In this document: positions 29,302 through 39,364 of the stretch, in pieces | Layout: every line of letters starts with the position of its first letter | Numbering within the stretch: the first letter of the stretch is position 1 | Assembly: GCA_026417895.1 (NCBI GenBank) | Contig: JAOACJ010000014.1 | Coordinates: forward strand, 63-64,062 | Direction of reading: 5' to 3' | DNA length: 64,000 bases | Source of the DNA: Patescibacteria group bacterium | GTDB lineage: Bacteria; Patescibacteriota; Patescibacteriia; UBA2591; CALHIP01 | The notes under the pieces: model-generated | What the model was told of the DNA's origin: nothing | The model's database searches: none | Seen by the model: the letters and a program-made list of their open reading frames with translations, nothing else | Made by a program: the position numbers and the translations under genes

Positions 29302-30198
29302 ATGTCTCATCAACCCGTTCTTTTACAAGAGGTAATTGCCTATCTCTCGCCCCAACCGAATCAAAATTTTATTGATTGTACAATTGGTGGTGGTGGGCAT
29401 GCTTTCGCTATTTTAGAAAAGACAACACCCTTAGGAAAAGTTTTGGGTATTGATTTAAATTCTGAAACTATTCAACAATTAAATTGCAAAATTCAAACCT
29501 CAAATTTCAAATCGAGATTGATATTAGTGAATGATAATTTCATCAATTTATCAAAGATCGTTGAAAAATATAATTTTTATCCGGTTCATGGAATTTTACT
29601 TGATTTAGGACTTTCAACCGATCTATTAGAAAAAAGTGGCAGAGGTTTTAGTTTTCAAGAAGATGAATTTTTAGATATGAGATATGGTCAAAAAGGCAAG
29701 ACTGCTTACGAGATTATTAATCAATGGCCAGAGGAGGAATTAAAAAAAATTTTAAAAGAATATGGGGAAGAAAAACTCGCTTGGCCAATCGCTAGAAATA
29801 TTTTTAAGAGACGCCAAAAAGAAAAAATCAGGACAACCAGAGAGTTAGTAGAGGTAATTAACGATGTCTTAAAAAAATTTAAAGTTTATAACCAGAAATT
29901 TAAAATTAAAACTTTAGCCAGAGTTTTTCAAGCTTTCAGGATTGCTGTCAATGATGAATTAGAAAATTTAAAAAAAGTTCTACCGTCAGCAATAAAAATT
30001 TTAGAAAAAGATGGATGTCTTTTAGTCATTTCTTATCACTCTTTAGAAGACAAAATTGTCAAAGATTTTTTCAAAACCCAAGAAAAAGAAAAACTTTTAA
30101 AAATTTTAACCAAAAAACCCGTTCAGCCAACCGACGAAGAAATAAAATTAAATCCGCGCAGTCGTTCAGCCAAACTGCGCGCCGGACTCAAACTATAA
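29302..30198 (+). CDS. rsmH: 16S rRNA (cytosine1402-N4)-methyltransferase
   Basis: 'HQPVLLQEV...DCTIGGGGH'. Confidence 0.9.
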   Translation: MSHQPVLLQEVIAYLSPQPNQNFIDCTIGGGGHAFAILEKTTPLGKVLGIDLNSETIQQLNCKIQTSNFKSRLILVNDNFINLSKIVEKYNFYPVHGILLDLGLSTDLLEKSGRGFSFQEDEFLDMRYGQKGKTAYEIINQWPEEELKKILKEYGEEKLAWPIARNIFKRRQKEKIRTTRELVEVINDVLKKFKVYNQKFKIKTLARVFQAFRIAVNDELENLKKVLPSAIKILEKDGCLLVISYHSLEDKIVKDFFKTQEKEKLLKILTKKPVQPTDEEIKLNPRSRSAKLRAGLKL

Positions 30199-30231
30199 AA
30201 CCAATAAAATAACCAATAACTAATTAAAAAT

Positions 30232-30600
30232 ATGTCTCCCTACGCCAAAAATTTTATCCAAACCCACTCCTTGCCTCTTTCTGTGAAAGAAAATAAATTT
30301 TTTTCTCTGAAGGTCTTTAAAAAACCATTTGTCTTAAATGTCGTTTTACTTTCTTTTATTTTATTGCTTATTATCTTTCAGTTTATTCTTGTCAATAGAA
30401 TGGTGGTTTATAGCTTTAAGAGAAATGAGCTAGAAGAAGAAAAAAGAATGTTAGAACAAGAAAAGAGGAATCTAGAATTAGAAATAATAAAAATAAAATC
30501 AACCGAGGGAACAAAAGATTCTTTTAAAAATTTTAATCTTGTTCAGGTAGAAGAAATAGAATATTTAAAACCAATCAGTGGCACAATGGCTGAAAAATAG
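30232..30600 (+). CDS. ftsL: FtsL-like cell division protein
   Basis: Single TM plus coiled coil, positioned between rsmH and ftsI. Confidence 0.4.
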   Translation: MSPYAKNFIQTHSLPLSVKENKFFSLKVFKKPFVLNVVLLSFILLLIIFQFILVNRMVVYSFKRNELEEEKRMLEQEKRNLELEIIKIKSTEGTKDSFKNFNLVQVEEIEYLKPISGTMAEK

Positions 30601-30615
30601 TTTAATTTTTTATAT

Positions 30616-32361
30616 ATGTTTGTTAAAAAAACTCGACAGAGATCGAAAACGAGTTTTTTCCGTTTTTATTTTTTAGCTATTATTTTTTTTATTTTTGGCA
30701 GCTTGATTATTTTAAGATTGATTCAACTTCAAATTTTAGATTATCGGTATTATCAAAACAAAGCCCTAGAAATTAGAACTTTTGAGAAGGAGGTTCAACC
30801 AAAGAGGGGAGAAATTTTTATCGAAGAAGAGGGAGGGAAGAGACCTGTGGCGATTAATATTGACTCTTATAATCTTTATGCTGTGCCGAAAGAAATCGAT
30901 GAGCCAATAAAAACGGCTGAAAAAATTGCCCCTTTGATTGGTATTTCATTATCAAATAAAAATGATGAATTAACTAATTTAATTAAAAAACTTTCTAAAG
31001 AAAACGACTGGTATGAAATTTTAAAAAAAGATATTAGTCAAGAAGAGGTAGATGCTATTAACAAACTCTCTCTCAAAGGGATAAAAATTGAGACGGTAAC
31101 TAAAAGGTTTTATCCCGAGAAAAAATATTTTGCTCATCTTCTTGGTTTTGTCGGCTTTAGCGGCGATCAACAGGTTGGTCGCTACGGTTTAGAAAATTAT
31201 TACGAAAATATTCTTTCTGGAAAAGAGGGGTTATTAAAAGGAGAAAAAACGCAAGGTGGCGTTCTTATTGCTACTGCTCAAACAACAACCATCAAACCGA
31301 AGGATGGAGCAGACCTTATTTTAACGATTGATCGAAATATTCAAATTAAAACTTGTCAAATTTTAGAAGAGGCGATTAAAAAATATCAGGCTGAAAAAGG
31401 AAATATTATTGTTTTGGAACCAAAAAGTGGACAAATTTTAGCTCTTTGTAATTGGCCATCTTTTGACCCTAATCAATACAACGAAGTCAAAGATAGTCGT
31501 CTTTTTCTTAACGAAGCCGTCTCTTCGCAATATGAGCCTGGCTCTATTTTTAAAACTATCACCTTTGCCGCCGCTTTGGAAGAAGGAAAAATCACACCTG
31601 AGACTACCTATGAAGATAAAGGTTTAGTAAAAATCGGCGGTTATACAATTAAAAACGCTGGTAAAAAGGTCTATGGTTTTAGGACAATGAAAGAAGTTTT
31701 AGAAAAGTCAATTAATACTGGCGCCATTTTCGCTGCTCAAAAATTAGGTTTAGAAAAATTTCGCCAGTATGTCGAAAAATTTGGTTTCGGTTCTCTAACT
31801 GGCGTAGATTTGCCAACTGAAGCAAAAGGCAATATTAAGAATTTATCAGAAAAAAAAGAAATCTATTTAGCTACTGCCTCATTTGGTCAGGGTTTATCTG
31901 TGACACCACTACAAATGGTCACTGCTTTTGCTGCTCTAGCCAATCATGGTAAATTAATGAAGCCTTATTTAGTCAAAAAAATAATTTCTGACGGTTTTGT
32001 GACTGAAATTAAACCGGAAGAAAGAGCTCAAGTGATTTCTCCAACGAGCGCAGAAATTTTGAAAGAAATGCTTATTTCGGTGGTAAAAAATGGTTGGGGG
32101 AAAAGAGCGGCTGTTAAAGGTTATCTAGTGGCTGGTAAAACTGGAACAGCCCAGGTTGCTTATTTGAAAGGTTATTCCGAAAAGACAATCCACTCTTTTG
32201 CTGGCTTTGCTCCGGCCAATGATCCAAGGTTTGTCGCTTTAGTCAAATTAGATAATCCGAAGTTAGAAAGATTTAGTGATCGAACGGCTGCTCCAGTTTT
32301 TGGTCAACTAGCCGACTTTTTGCTTAAATATTTTGCCATTCCACCAACAGAAATAGAATGA
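30616..32361 (+). CDS. ftsI: penicillin-binding protein (FtsI/PBP3-like transpeptidase)
   Basis: 'SIFK' SxxK, 'KTGTAQ'. dcw-cluster position. Confidence 0.8.
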   Translation: MFVKKTRQRSKTSFFRFYFLAIIFFIFGSLIILRLIQLQILDYRYYQNKALEIRTFEKEVQPKRGEIFIEEEGGKRPVAINIDSYNLYAVPKEIDEPIKTAEKIAPLIGISLSNKNDELTNLIKKLSKENDWYEILKKDISQEEVDAINKLSLKGIKIETVTKRFYPEKKYFAHLLGFVGFSGDQQVGRYGLENYYENILSGKEGLLKGEKTQGGVLIATAQTTTIKPKDGADLILTIDRNIQIKTCQILEEAIKKYQAEKGNIIVLEPKSGQILALCNWPSFDPNQYNEVKDSRLFLNEAVSSQYEPGSIFKTITFAAALEEGKITPETTYEDKGLVKIGGYTIKNAGKKVYGFRTMKEVLEKSINTGAIFAAQKLGLEKFRQYVEKFGFGSLTGVDLPTEAKGNIKNLSEKKEIYLATASFGQGLSVTPLQMVTAFAALANHGKLMKPYLVKKIISDGFVTEIKPEERAQVISPTSAEILKEMLISVVKNGWGKRAAVKGYLVAGKTGTAQVAYLKGYSEKTIHSFAGFAPANDPRFVALVKLDNPKLERFSDRTAAPVFGQLADFLLKYFAIPPTEIE

Positions 32362-32373
32362 ATATTATGAAAA

Positions 32374-33681
32374 ATGAATATTATGAAAAAAGTTATTGAA
32401 AGAATATTAGGATTCTTAGCCAAAGCCATTATTAGAAAGTATAAACCATTTATTATTGGTCTTACTGGTAGTTTTGGCAAAACTTCGACTAAAGAAGCGA
32501 TAGCTTTAGTCTTAAAAAAGAAATTTTTTCTTCGTGCCTCACCAAAAAATTATAATAATGAAATTGGTCTTCCTTTAACCATTATTAATGCCCTGGCTCC
32601 AGGTAAATCTTTATTTGGCTGGTTGAGAATTTTTCTGAAAGGAATTTTTCAAATTGTTTTTCCAGTCAAATTTCCAAAAGTTTTAGTTCTAGAAATGGCA
32701 GCTGATAAGCCGGGCGATATCAGATATTTGACTAAAATTGCTCCTTGTCAAATCGGTCTTATTACAGCCATTGGCCCTGTCCATCTAGAAAAATTTAAAA
32801 GTTTAGAAAATATCTTTAATGAGAAAAAAATTATCCTGACCCATCTTTCTTCCCATGACTTGGCTATTTTTAATGCCGACGACCAATATCTTTCAAGGTT
32901 AAAAAATCAATTAAAAGCAAAGACTCTAACCTTTGGCTTTTCCAGCCAGGCTGACCTGCGGGCTCTAGAAGCCAAAATTGACCAAGAAATTACAGAAAAG
33001 GGTGAATTGAAAATTTATGGTCTAAAGTTCAAAGTAGCCTATCAAGGTAATGTCGTGCCAATTTGTCTGCCTAAAATTTTAGCTAAACATCAGATTTACT
33101 CTGTCCTGGCCGCACTGAGCGTTGGGTTGGTCAAAGGATTAAATTTGATTGAGATGGCAGAAATTTTAAAAGAATTTGAAGCACCGCCAGGAAGAATGAA
33201 GCTAATCAATGGTTTAAAAGAAAGCTATATCATTGATGATTCATATAATTCGTCACCTCGGGCTGTTTTGGCGGCTTTAGAAACTCTGAATGAGATTTTA
33301 ACTATTCCTGGTCGAAGAAAAATTTTAGTCTTGGGCGAGATGCTAGAACTTGGTTCAATAGCCCAGCAATCCCATTATGAGATTGGTCAAAAGATTGCCG
33401 ATTTTAACTTTGATCTTTTGATCACCGTCGGTCAATTGGCCCAAAAAATTGCCCAAGGAGCAAGAGAAAACGGTTTTCGGGATGAAATGATTTTTGAGTT
33501 TCAAAAATCAGAAGAGGCGGCTCAGTTTCTGAAAGAAAAAATTAATTATGGTGATTTAATTTTAATTAAAGGTTCGCAGGGCGTGAGAATGGAAAAAATT
33601 GTTAAAGAAATTATGGCTGAACCAGAAAGAGCCAAAGAACTTCTAGTACGACAGGATAAAAGATGGAAAGAAATGGTGTAG
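32374..33681 (+). CDS. murF: Mur ligase (UDP-MurNAc-tripeptide D-Ala-D-Ala ligase-like)
   Basis: 'GLTGSFGKTSTKE' P-loop of Mur ligases. Only one Mur ligase is present in this cluster. Confidence 0.6.
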   Translation: MNIMKKVIERILGFLAKAIIRKYKPFIIGLTGSFGKTSTKEAIALVLKKKFFLRASPKNYNNEIGLPLTIINALAPGKSLFGWLRIFLKGIFQIVFPVKFPKVLVLEMAADKPGDIRYLTKIAPCQIGLITAIGPVHLEKFKSLENIFNEKKIILTHLSSHDLAIFNADDQYLSRLKNQLKAKTLTFGFSSQADLRALEAKIDQEITEKGELKIYGLKFKVAYQGNVVPICLPKILAKHQIYSVLAALSVGLVKGLNLIEMAEILKEFEAPPGRMKLINGLKESYIIDDSYNSSPRAVLAALETLNEILTIPGRRKILVLGEMLELGSIAQQSHYEIGQKIADFNFDLLITVGQLAQKIAQGARENGFRDEMIFEFQKSEEAAQFLKEKINYGDLILIKGSQGVRMEKIVKEIMAEPERAKELLVRQDKRWKEMV

Positions 33682-33744
33682 AATCTAGAAGACAGGAGAA
33701 AGCAGCTCATTGTCAAAAAGAAAGGATTGATTAAAATAAAAAAT

Positions 33745-33817
33745 GGCCCTGTCATCTAGTGGTTTAGGATACATGGTTCTCAACCATGTCACACGGGTTC
33801 GAATCCCGTCAGGGCTA
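33745..33817 (+). tRNA. tRNA-Glu (anticodon CUC)
   Basis: Manual fold. Acceptor ggccctg/cagggct (G1·U72), T-arm 'acggg-ttcgaat-cccgt', anticodon arm 'catgg-ttCTCaa-ccatg', 4-nt variable loop. CCA is not encoded. Confidence 0.75.
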
Positions 33818-34588
33818 AATTGATTTCTGGTGAAAAATTATTTTTAAAAAGAACATTAAAGAAAGACCAAGTACAATAAAAACAAATTGGATGAATGATT
33901 TCTTGAGAGAAGTTTCTTTTTTTAATTCCGGAATTAAATCTGAACCAGCCAAGTAAAGAAAACCGCCAGCGGCAAAAGGCAGCAGATAATTAACTAAAAA
34001 ACCTAAGGCGTTGCTCAATAATAAAGTGATGACTGCCCCTAAAAAGGCACTTAAGGCAGAGAGAAAATTGAAAAATAAAGCCCGCCATTTAGAAAATCCA
34101 CCATAGATTAAAACACCAAAATCACCAATTTCTTGAGGAATTTCGTGAAAAATTACAGCCAAGGTTGTACTAAGACCCAAAGGAAAACTTATTAAATAAG
34201 CTCCAGCCATAATACTGCCATCAATAAAATTGTGAACGGCATCACCAATAATATTGAGATAGGTAAGAGGGTGTGGATGACTAGCGGTAGTAGGCAGGTG
34301 ACAATGTCGCCAGCCAATAAATTTTTCTAAAATAAAAAAACCCAAAAGACCAATCAAAAGTAAAAAGGCCGTTCTTTTGCCAAAACCAAATTCTTCAACT
34401 GCTTCAGGGATTAAATGGAAAAAGGCACTGCCAAATAAACTACCGACTGAAAAACTGACTAAAAAAAGTAAAATTTTTTTTAATTTCTCCTCACTGATGG
34501 CAAAGGTAAAAACACCAATTAGTGAGACGAGACTGATAATTAAAACGGAGATAAAAACTGTTAACCAAATCATATAAATTAAAACCAT
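33815..34588 (-). CDS. ZIP-family metal transporter (ZupT-like)
   Basis: 'HEIPQEIGDFGVLIYGG', His-rich TM helices. Confidence 0.75.
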   Translation of the reverse strand: MVLIYMIWLTVFISVLIISLVSLIGVFTFAISEEKLKKILLFLVSFSVGSLFGSAFFHLIPEAVEEFGFGKRTAFLLLIGLLGFFILEKFIGWRHCHLPTTASHPHPLTYLNIIGDAVHNFIDGSIMAGAYLISFPLGLSTTLAVIFHEIPQEIGDFGVLIYGGFSKWRALFFNFLSALSAFLGAVITLLLSNALGFLVNYLLPFAAGGFLYLAGSDLIPELKKETSLKKSFIQFVFIVLGLSLMFFLKIIFHQKSI

Positions 34589-35733
34589 TTTAGAAGAAGA
34601 CCGAGGGCTAAAATTAACAAGATTAAACCTGAGGCAAGACGCATATATTTTTTAAACTTGGCTCGCCAAACTTCCATTTGATCAGCCTTTTCAATAGCCA
34701 CTGATACCAAGGCCATCATCAGTAACAGTGGCACGATAAAGAAAAAATTATACCAAAAGAGATATGGAAAAATATATTTTGTTCTTTCCGCTAAGATTGT
34801 CACATAGACCAGCGGAATACCTGAAGAACAGGGTAATTCTACCAGCGAGCTAAAGAAAGCCAAAATAATAGCACTTGGCATTGTCCCTTTTTGAATTAAT
34901 TTTTGAATAACAAAACGAGACTTAGTCGGAATTTCTAAAGAAACAAATTTATTATAAAAAAAGAAATCTTTCAGCATTAATAAAGCCACAATCAGAGCCA
35001 AGAAACCAATAATCATTTTAACAGTTGAAATTAAACCAATAAAATGGAATAAGTTAAAGATACCATACATAAAAAGGAAATAAACTATAAAGACCGTCAG
35101 GACAAAAACCAAACCAAGACCTATCGCCCTTTTTTTTGAGCCAATGGCTAAGAGATAGGTTAATAAAAATAAAAAGACCATCAACAGACAAGGGTTGATA
35201 CCGTCAATCAAGCCGAGAATCATACCTAAAAAAAGTGTTGATTTTTTTAAACTAAAAGTAATTTCTTTGCCCAAAAAATTAATTTTTGTTTGATCGCTTT
35301 TAACTGGAACAATCTCTTTTGGTTTAGGCATTTGTAACAATGTCTGCTCAATTTGATGAACCGGACAGGTATAATTTGGGTCCTTGAGACACTCTTGAAT
35401 AGTCTTTTCTAAATTGTTTCGAATGGCGGTTGAACCAATAAAATATTGATGACCGACAAAGAGAACCGGGACAACGGCCATTTTAATTTTGTATAATTCC
35501 CTCAATTTATCATAAAGTTTGACACTCAATTCTTCTGTTAAAGAATGTTCCTCAAAGATGATATTATATTTTTCTGCCATGGCTTTAACAAAAGGTTTAA
35601 TCTCTTGACAATGAGGACAGCTGGGCAAGGTAAAGAGATGAATAAAAATTGGTTCATTAGCTTGACTATAAAAAGGAAGAAAAAAGGAAAACAGAAAAGA
35701 GGAAAGAGAAATAACAAAAAGTATTTTCTTCAT
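34579..35733 (-). CDS. thioredoxin-like domain fused to DsbD/CcdA-type membrane disulfide transporter
   Basis: N-terminal 'LPSCPHCQE' CxxC, then a polytopic domain with 'GINPC' and 'LPCSSGIP' cysteines. Confidence 0.6.
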   Translation of the reverse strand: MKKILFVISLSSFLFSFFLPFYSQANEPIFIHLFTLPSCPHCQEIKPFVKAMAEKYNIIFEEHSLTEELSVKLYDKLRELYKIKMAVVPVLFVGHQYFIGSTAIRNNLEKTIQECLKDPNYTCPVHQIEQTLLQMPKPKEIVPVKSDQTKINFLGKEITFSLKKSTLFLGMILGLIDGINPCLLMVFLFLLTYLLAIGSKKRAIGLGLVFVLTVFIVYFLFMYGIFNLFHFIGLISTVKMIIGFLALIVALLMLKDFFFYNKFVSLEIPTKSRFVIQKLIQKGTMPSAIILAFFSSLVELPCSSGIPLVYVTILAERTKYIFPYLFWYNFFFIVPLLLMMALVSVAIEKADQMEVWRAKFKKYMRLASGLILLILALGLLLKWF

Positions 35734-35797
35734 AACCTTCTATTTTAAAGAAAAATAAAAATTTGACAAGAGAAGAATGGTTGATTAAAATATTAAG

Positions 35798-36277
35798 ATG
35801 ACCTTTACTCTTAAAAAATATCCTGATCCAATTCTTAGAAAAAAAGCCGAGGCTATCAAAGAAATCAACGAAGAAATAAAAAAAATTGCTCAGCTCATGA
35901 TCGAAGTAAAAGAAAACAGTCAAGGCCTTGGTTTAGCCGGCCCTCAAATAGGTATTTTAAAGAGAATTATTGCTGTAACGACAGAAAAGGGTCCTCAAAT
36001 TTTTCTTAATCCGGAGATTTTAGCCAAAAGTAAGAGACAAGAAATAATGGAAGAAGGTTGCTTGAGCTTTCCTGGTTTATATTTAAAAATAAAAAGACCG
36101 ATTGAAGTTGAAATTAAAGCCCTCAACTTAAATGGTCGAGAATTAAAGTTTAAGGTCCAAGGCTTAACGGCTAGAATTTTCCAGCATGAAATAGATCATT
36201 TAAACGGGGTGCTTTTTATCGACCGATTGCCTTGGTGGCAAAGAGCAAAACTAAAAATAAAAAGACTGCGGGATTAG
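35798..36277 (+). CDS. def: peptide deformylase
   Basis: 'EGCLSFPG', 'QHEIDHLNG'. Confidence 0.9.
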   Translation: MTFTLKKYPDPILRKKAEAIKEINEEIKKIAQLMIEVKENSQGLGLAGPQIGILKRIIAVTTEKGPQIFLNPEILAKSKRQEIMEEGCLSFPGLYLKIKRPIEVEIKALNLNGRELKFKVQGLTARIFQHEIDHLNGVLFIDRLPWWQRAKLKIKRLRD

Positions 36278-36338
36278 TATAGTGGCAGTACGCTTGCTTC
36301 CCAAGCAAGAGGCGCCAGTTCGATTCTGGTATCCCGCT
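36268..36338 (+). tRNA. tRNA-Gly (anticodon CCC)
   Basis: Manual fold. Acceptor gcgggat/atcccgc, D-arm gtat/gtac, anticodon arm 'cttgc-ttCCCaa-gcaag', T-arm 'gccag-ttcgatt-ctggt', discriminator U. The 5' end overlaps the last 10 nt of def. Confidence 0.75.
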
Positions 36339-36350
36339 TTTTGTTTTCTT

Positions 36351-36839
36351 TTATCGCGTGATGGAAATATTCGTCGCTGGTGCCTCGGCTCCACAGGCCC
36401 CAACCGTTACTCGACCACCTTCTACTTTTACCGCATAATAGCTAGTATTAGCTGTGCCATTAACTGGATCTGACGGTCGGGTGGAAAGGTAGGTGGGGAC
36501 AAGGGCACTGATAAAATCTTGACCGGTACATCCTTTATTGATAGTGCCAAGATCACCTTTACTACAATCAATGTTGCATTCAGCGGCAGAGGTAGCATTG
36601 CCAATGACTTTTGCGTCTGAGGTTAAACCAGATGGCCAGGAACCGTTATTGTCAATATAATACTGAAAAATGGCATTGAGGATAGCCAAGATATCATTTC
36701 TTCGAGCAGCATTTCTTGCTTGAGCTAATTGCCTGGTCGGATTAACAGCGACAATGACAATGCCGGTCAAAATTGAAATAATGCCAATGACAACCAGAAG
36801 TTCGATAAGAGTAAAACCCTTTTTCTTTTTCATACTCAT
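36351..36839 (-). CDS. type IV pilin (major pilin candidate)
   Basis: Canonical prepilin leader 'MSMKKKKG|FTLIELLVVIGII'. Confidence 0.75.
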   Translation of the reverse strand: MSMKKKKGFTLIELLVVIGIISILTGIVIVAVNPTRQLAQARNAARRNDILAILNAIFQYYIDNNGSWPSGLTSDAKVIGNATSAAECNIDCSKGDLGTINKGCTGQDFISALVPTYLSTRPSDPVNGTANTSYYAVKVEGGRVTVGACGAEAPATNISITR

Positions 36840-36844
36840 AATTT

Positions 36845-37921
36845 TTATTTCTTCAATAGATTTATCTCGACTTTTTGAAAATCTTTTTCTAAGGCTCTCA
36901 GAGCCAAACCGATAACATTAGCCGATAAAATTCTTTTTTCTTCTTGAGCCAAAAAATCACCCTTGATATTTGTTAATGGTTCGCCCCTCGTTGTCTCCAA
37001 ACCAAGTTTTTTTTGAAAATAAGCACTAATGCCTGGCAGTAAACTTGAACCACCAGCCAGAATAATTTTTTTAACTTGATGGTAGGTCGTCTGCTGGTAA
37101 AAGATTAAAATCCTTCTTGCTTCATCAATAATTGGTAGCGCTTCCTTTTTCAAAACTTGTTCTACCTTGGGATATTTCTGAGGACGAAAGCCTTCTGCCA
37201 CTTTTATTTTTTCTGCCTCTTCAAAAGATAAACCAAGAGCTTCTGAGACTTTTTTAGTAAAAAGATTACCAGCGACACGAAGATAATGGTTGAAAACTAA
37301 TCCTCTTTCGTCAAAAAGACTAAAAACACTTGTTCTCTGACCAATATCAATAATCAATATACCTTCATCCTTTGGAATCTCTTTGATTAAAGCTCGTCTC
37401 AAAGAAAGCGGTTCTAAATCAAAAACTATTGGTGTTAAATGAGCAATTTTCAAGGTTTCTTGCCAGTCATCAATTAACTCTTTTCGACAACCAGCAAAAA
37501 AGACTTGTTGGATTTTATTTATTTTACCAATAATTTGAAAATCTGTGTAGAGTTGGGATGTGGATAAAGGAAAAACTTGTTCGGCTTCATAGATTAAGGC
37601 TTCGGAAAGCTCTTTCTGAGTTAAATTGGCGGGTAGTTGAAAAAGATAAGTAAAAACCTGAGAGCTGGGTAAAGAAAGCAAACAAAATTTTTCTTTAATT
37701 GGCCTTGGTTTCGCTTGATCGAGAACCTCTCTAATGTTTTTCGCTAACTCATTTTTTTCTTTAATTAAACCATTTTCTACTAACTGAGCTGATGGTAATT
37801 CTTTATGACCATAACTTTCAATTTCTATTTTACTTCCTTTTCTTTTTAAAATTAAAGCTTCAATCGAGGTATCAGAAACATCTAAACCAAAAGCTTGTTT
37901 TTTTTGGAAACCAAATAACAT
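36845..37921 (-). CDS. pilM: type IV pilus assembly protein PilM
   Basis: Actin-like ATPase fold, 'FGLDVSDTSIEALIL'. Confidence 0.75.
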   Translation of the reverse strand: MLFGFQKKQAFGLDVSDTSIEALILKRKGSKIEIESYGHKELPSAQLVENGLIKEKNELAKNIREVLDQAKPRPIKEKFCLLSLPSSQVFTYLFQLPANLTQKELSEALIYEAEQVFPLSTSQLYTDFQIIGKINKIQQVFFAGCRKELIDDWQETLKIAHLTPIVFDLEPLSLRRALIKEIPKDEGILIIDIGQRTSVFSLFDERGLVFNHYLRVAGNLFTKKVSEALGLSFEEAEKIKVAEGFRPQKYPKVEQVLKKEALPIIDEARRILIFYQQTTYHQVKKIILAGGSSLLPGISAYFQKKLGLETTRGEPLTNIKGDFLAQEEKRILSANVIGLALRALEKDFQKVEINLLKK

Positions 37922-37955
37922 AAATTAGCAATGGGAATTTGAATATTGTCTTATC

Positions 37956-39161
37956 TTATTGTCCTATTTGCCCAATAAATTGATAAATTGGCAGAATAAT
38001 GGAAACGGCTAAGAGACCAACACCCAGACCAATAATAATCAGTAAAATTGGTTCAAGGACACTGGTTAAATTTTTAATCGTTCGATCAACCTCAGTTTCA
38101 TAGAAATCAGCTAAATAATGAAAAGAATCTTCAAGGTTACCAGTTTTTTCCCCGACATTCAAAATTTTTGCTACTGATAAAGGAAATTCTTGGGGAAAGT
38201 TTTCTAAATTTGAGGCAAGGGTTTCGCCGCGTCGAAGAGCGGGAATAATTTTTTCTAAAGTTTTTTTATAAACTTCGTTACCGATTGTTTCAGCGACAAC
38301 TTCAAGAGATTTCGGTAGAGTCAGTCCACTTTTTAAAAGCGTCTCACTCGTTCGGGCAAATTGAGCCAAATTATTATTTTTTGTCAATCGACCAAAAATG
38401 GGTAGTTTAAGATAAAGAATGTGCAAAATCGATTTTATTCTCCTCAGTTGAGAGAGAAACCGAAAAACAATGACTAAGAGGATTAGACCAATAAGAATAA
38501 AAAGTGTATTTTTAGCGAGAAAGTTCATAATAGAGAGAAAAATTTTAGTAATCAGAGGAATAGAAACATCAAGTTTCGCAAAAAGACTAAGAATTTTTGG
38601 TAAAAGAAACTGAGAAAGTGCCAAAGAAAGAAGAATAGCCACGATCACCACAATCGTTGGGTAGGTGAGACTGGCTTTGACCTTTTTTTTCAATTCATAT
38701 GATTTTTCTAATTGTTCAGCCAGATAGACAAGAGAAGATTCTAAAGTACCACTTGACTCAGCTGTTTTAATGACACCAATAAAAAGAGGAGAGAAGTATT
38801 TTGGATAAAGAGCAAAAGAAGAGGATAAAACTTCTCCTTGCTCAACCCTTTTTTGAATTTCCGCCAGAATAGTTTTTAATTTTAAATTTACAGTTTGTTC
38901 AGAAAGAGTTTTTAAAGATTCGCTCAAAGAGAGGCCACTCTTAATCATCATCTGTAAATTTCTGACTAAATTGATTTTTTCTAATTCTGAAATGCGACCA
39001 AAACTGAAAAGAGGTTGTCTTTTCACCCTCTTTGGTATTAAAGAAATAATAATCAAGTCTTGGACTAAAAGCATTTTGGCGGCTTCATCTTTATTAGCTG
39101 CCTCAATTTCTCCTTTTTTTATTTGTCCGGCTTTAGTGGAAACAGTGTATTGAAAAAGCAT
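37956..39161 (-). CDS. pilC: type IV pilus platform protein PilC (GspF family)
   Basis: Two GspF repeats, three TM segments. Confidence 0.85.
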   Translation of the reverse strand: MLFQYTVSTKAGQIKKGEIEAANKDEAAKMLLVQDLIIISLIPKRVKRQPLFSFGRISELEKINLVRNLQMMIKSGLSLSESLKTLSEQTVNLKLKTILAEIQKRVEQGEVLSSSFALYPKYFSPLFIGVIKTAESSGTLESSLVYLAEQLEKSYELKKKVKASLTYPTIVVIVAILLSLALSQFLLPKILSLFAKLDVSIPLITKIFLSIMNFLAKNTLFILIGLILLVIVFRFLSQLRRIKSILHILYLKLPIFGRLTKNNNLAQFARTSETLLKSGLTLPKSLEVVAETIGNEVYKKTLEKIIPALRRGETLASNLENFPQEFPLSVAKILNVGEKTGNLEDSFHYLADFYETEVDRTIKNLTSVLEPILLIIIGLGVGLLAVSIILPIYQFIGQIGQ

Positions 39162-39225
39162 ACCAATTTTCTTATCTCTTAAAAATTTTAAGATATCATT
39201 GAAAAAATTTTTACTAGAAAATTGA

Positions 39226-39311
39226 GTACCCGCGTACAGGGCCGTTAGGCGGTTTCGCCTTTAGTCTTTCTCTGTCGGAAGTTTATCGCTGGAATAAGTG
39301 CGGGGTAAGGG
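39226..39311 (-). ncRNA. conserved structured element, copy 2 (pilB-pilC intergenic)
   Basis: The minus strand reads 'cccttaccccgcacttattccagcgataaacttcc...aaaggcgaaaccgcctaacgg...gtacgcgggtac'. Same orientation relative to its downstream gene as copy 1. Confidence 0.35.
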
Positions 39312-39364
39312 TTTTCTGGATAAATTTTCTACAACTTTTGTCTTGAAAATTTATATAAAATTCT

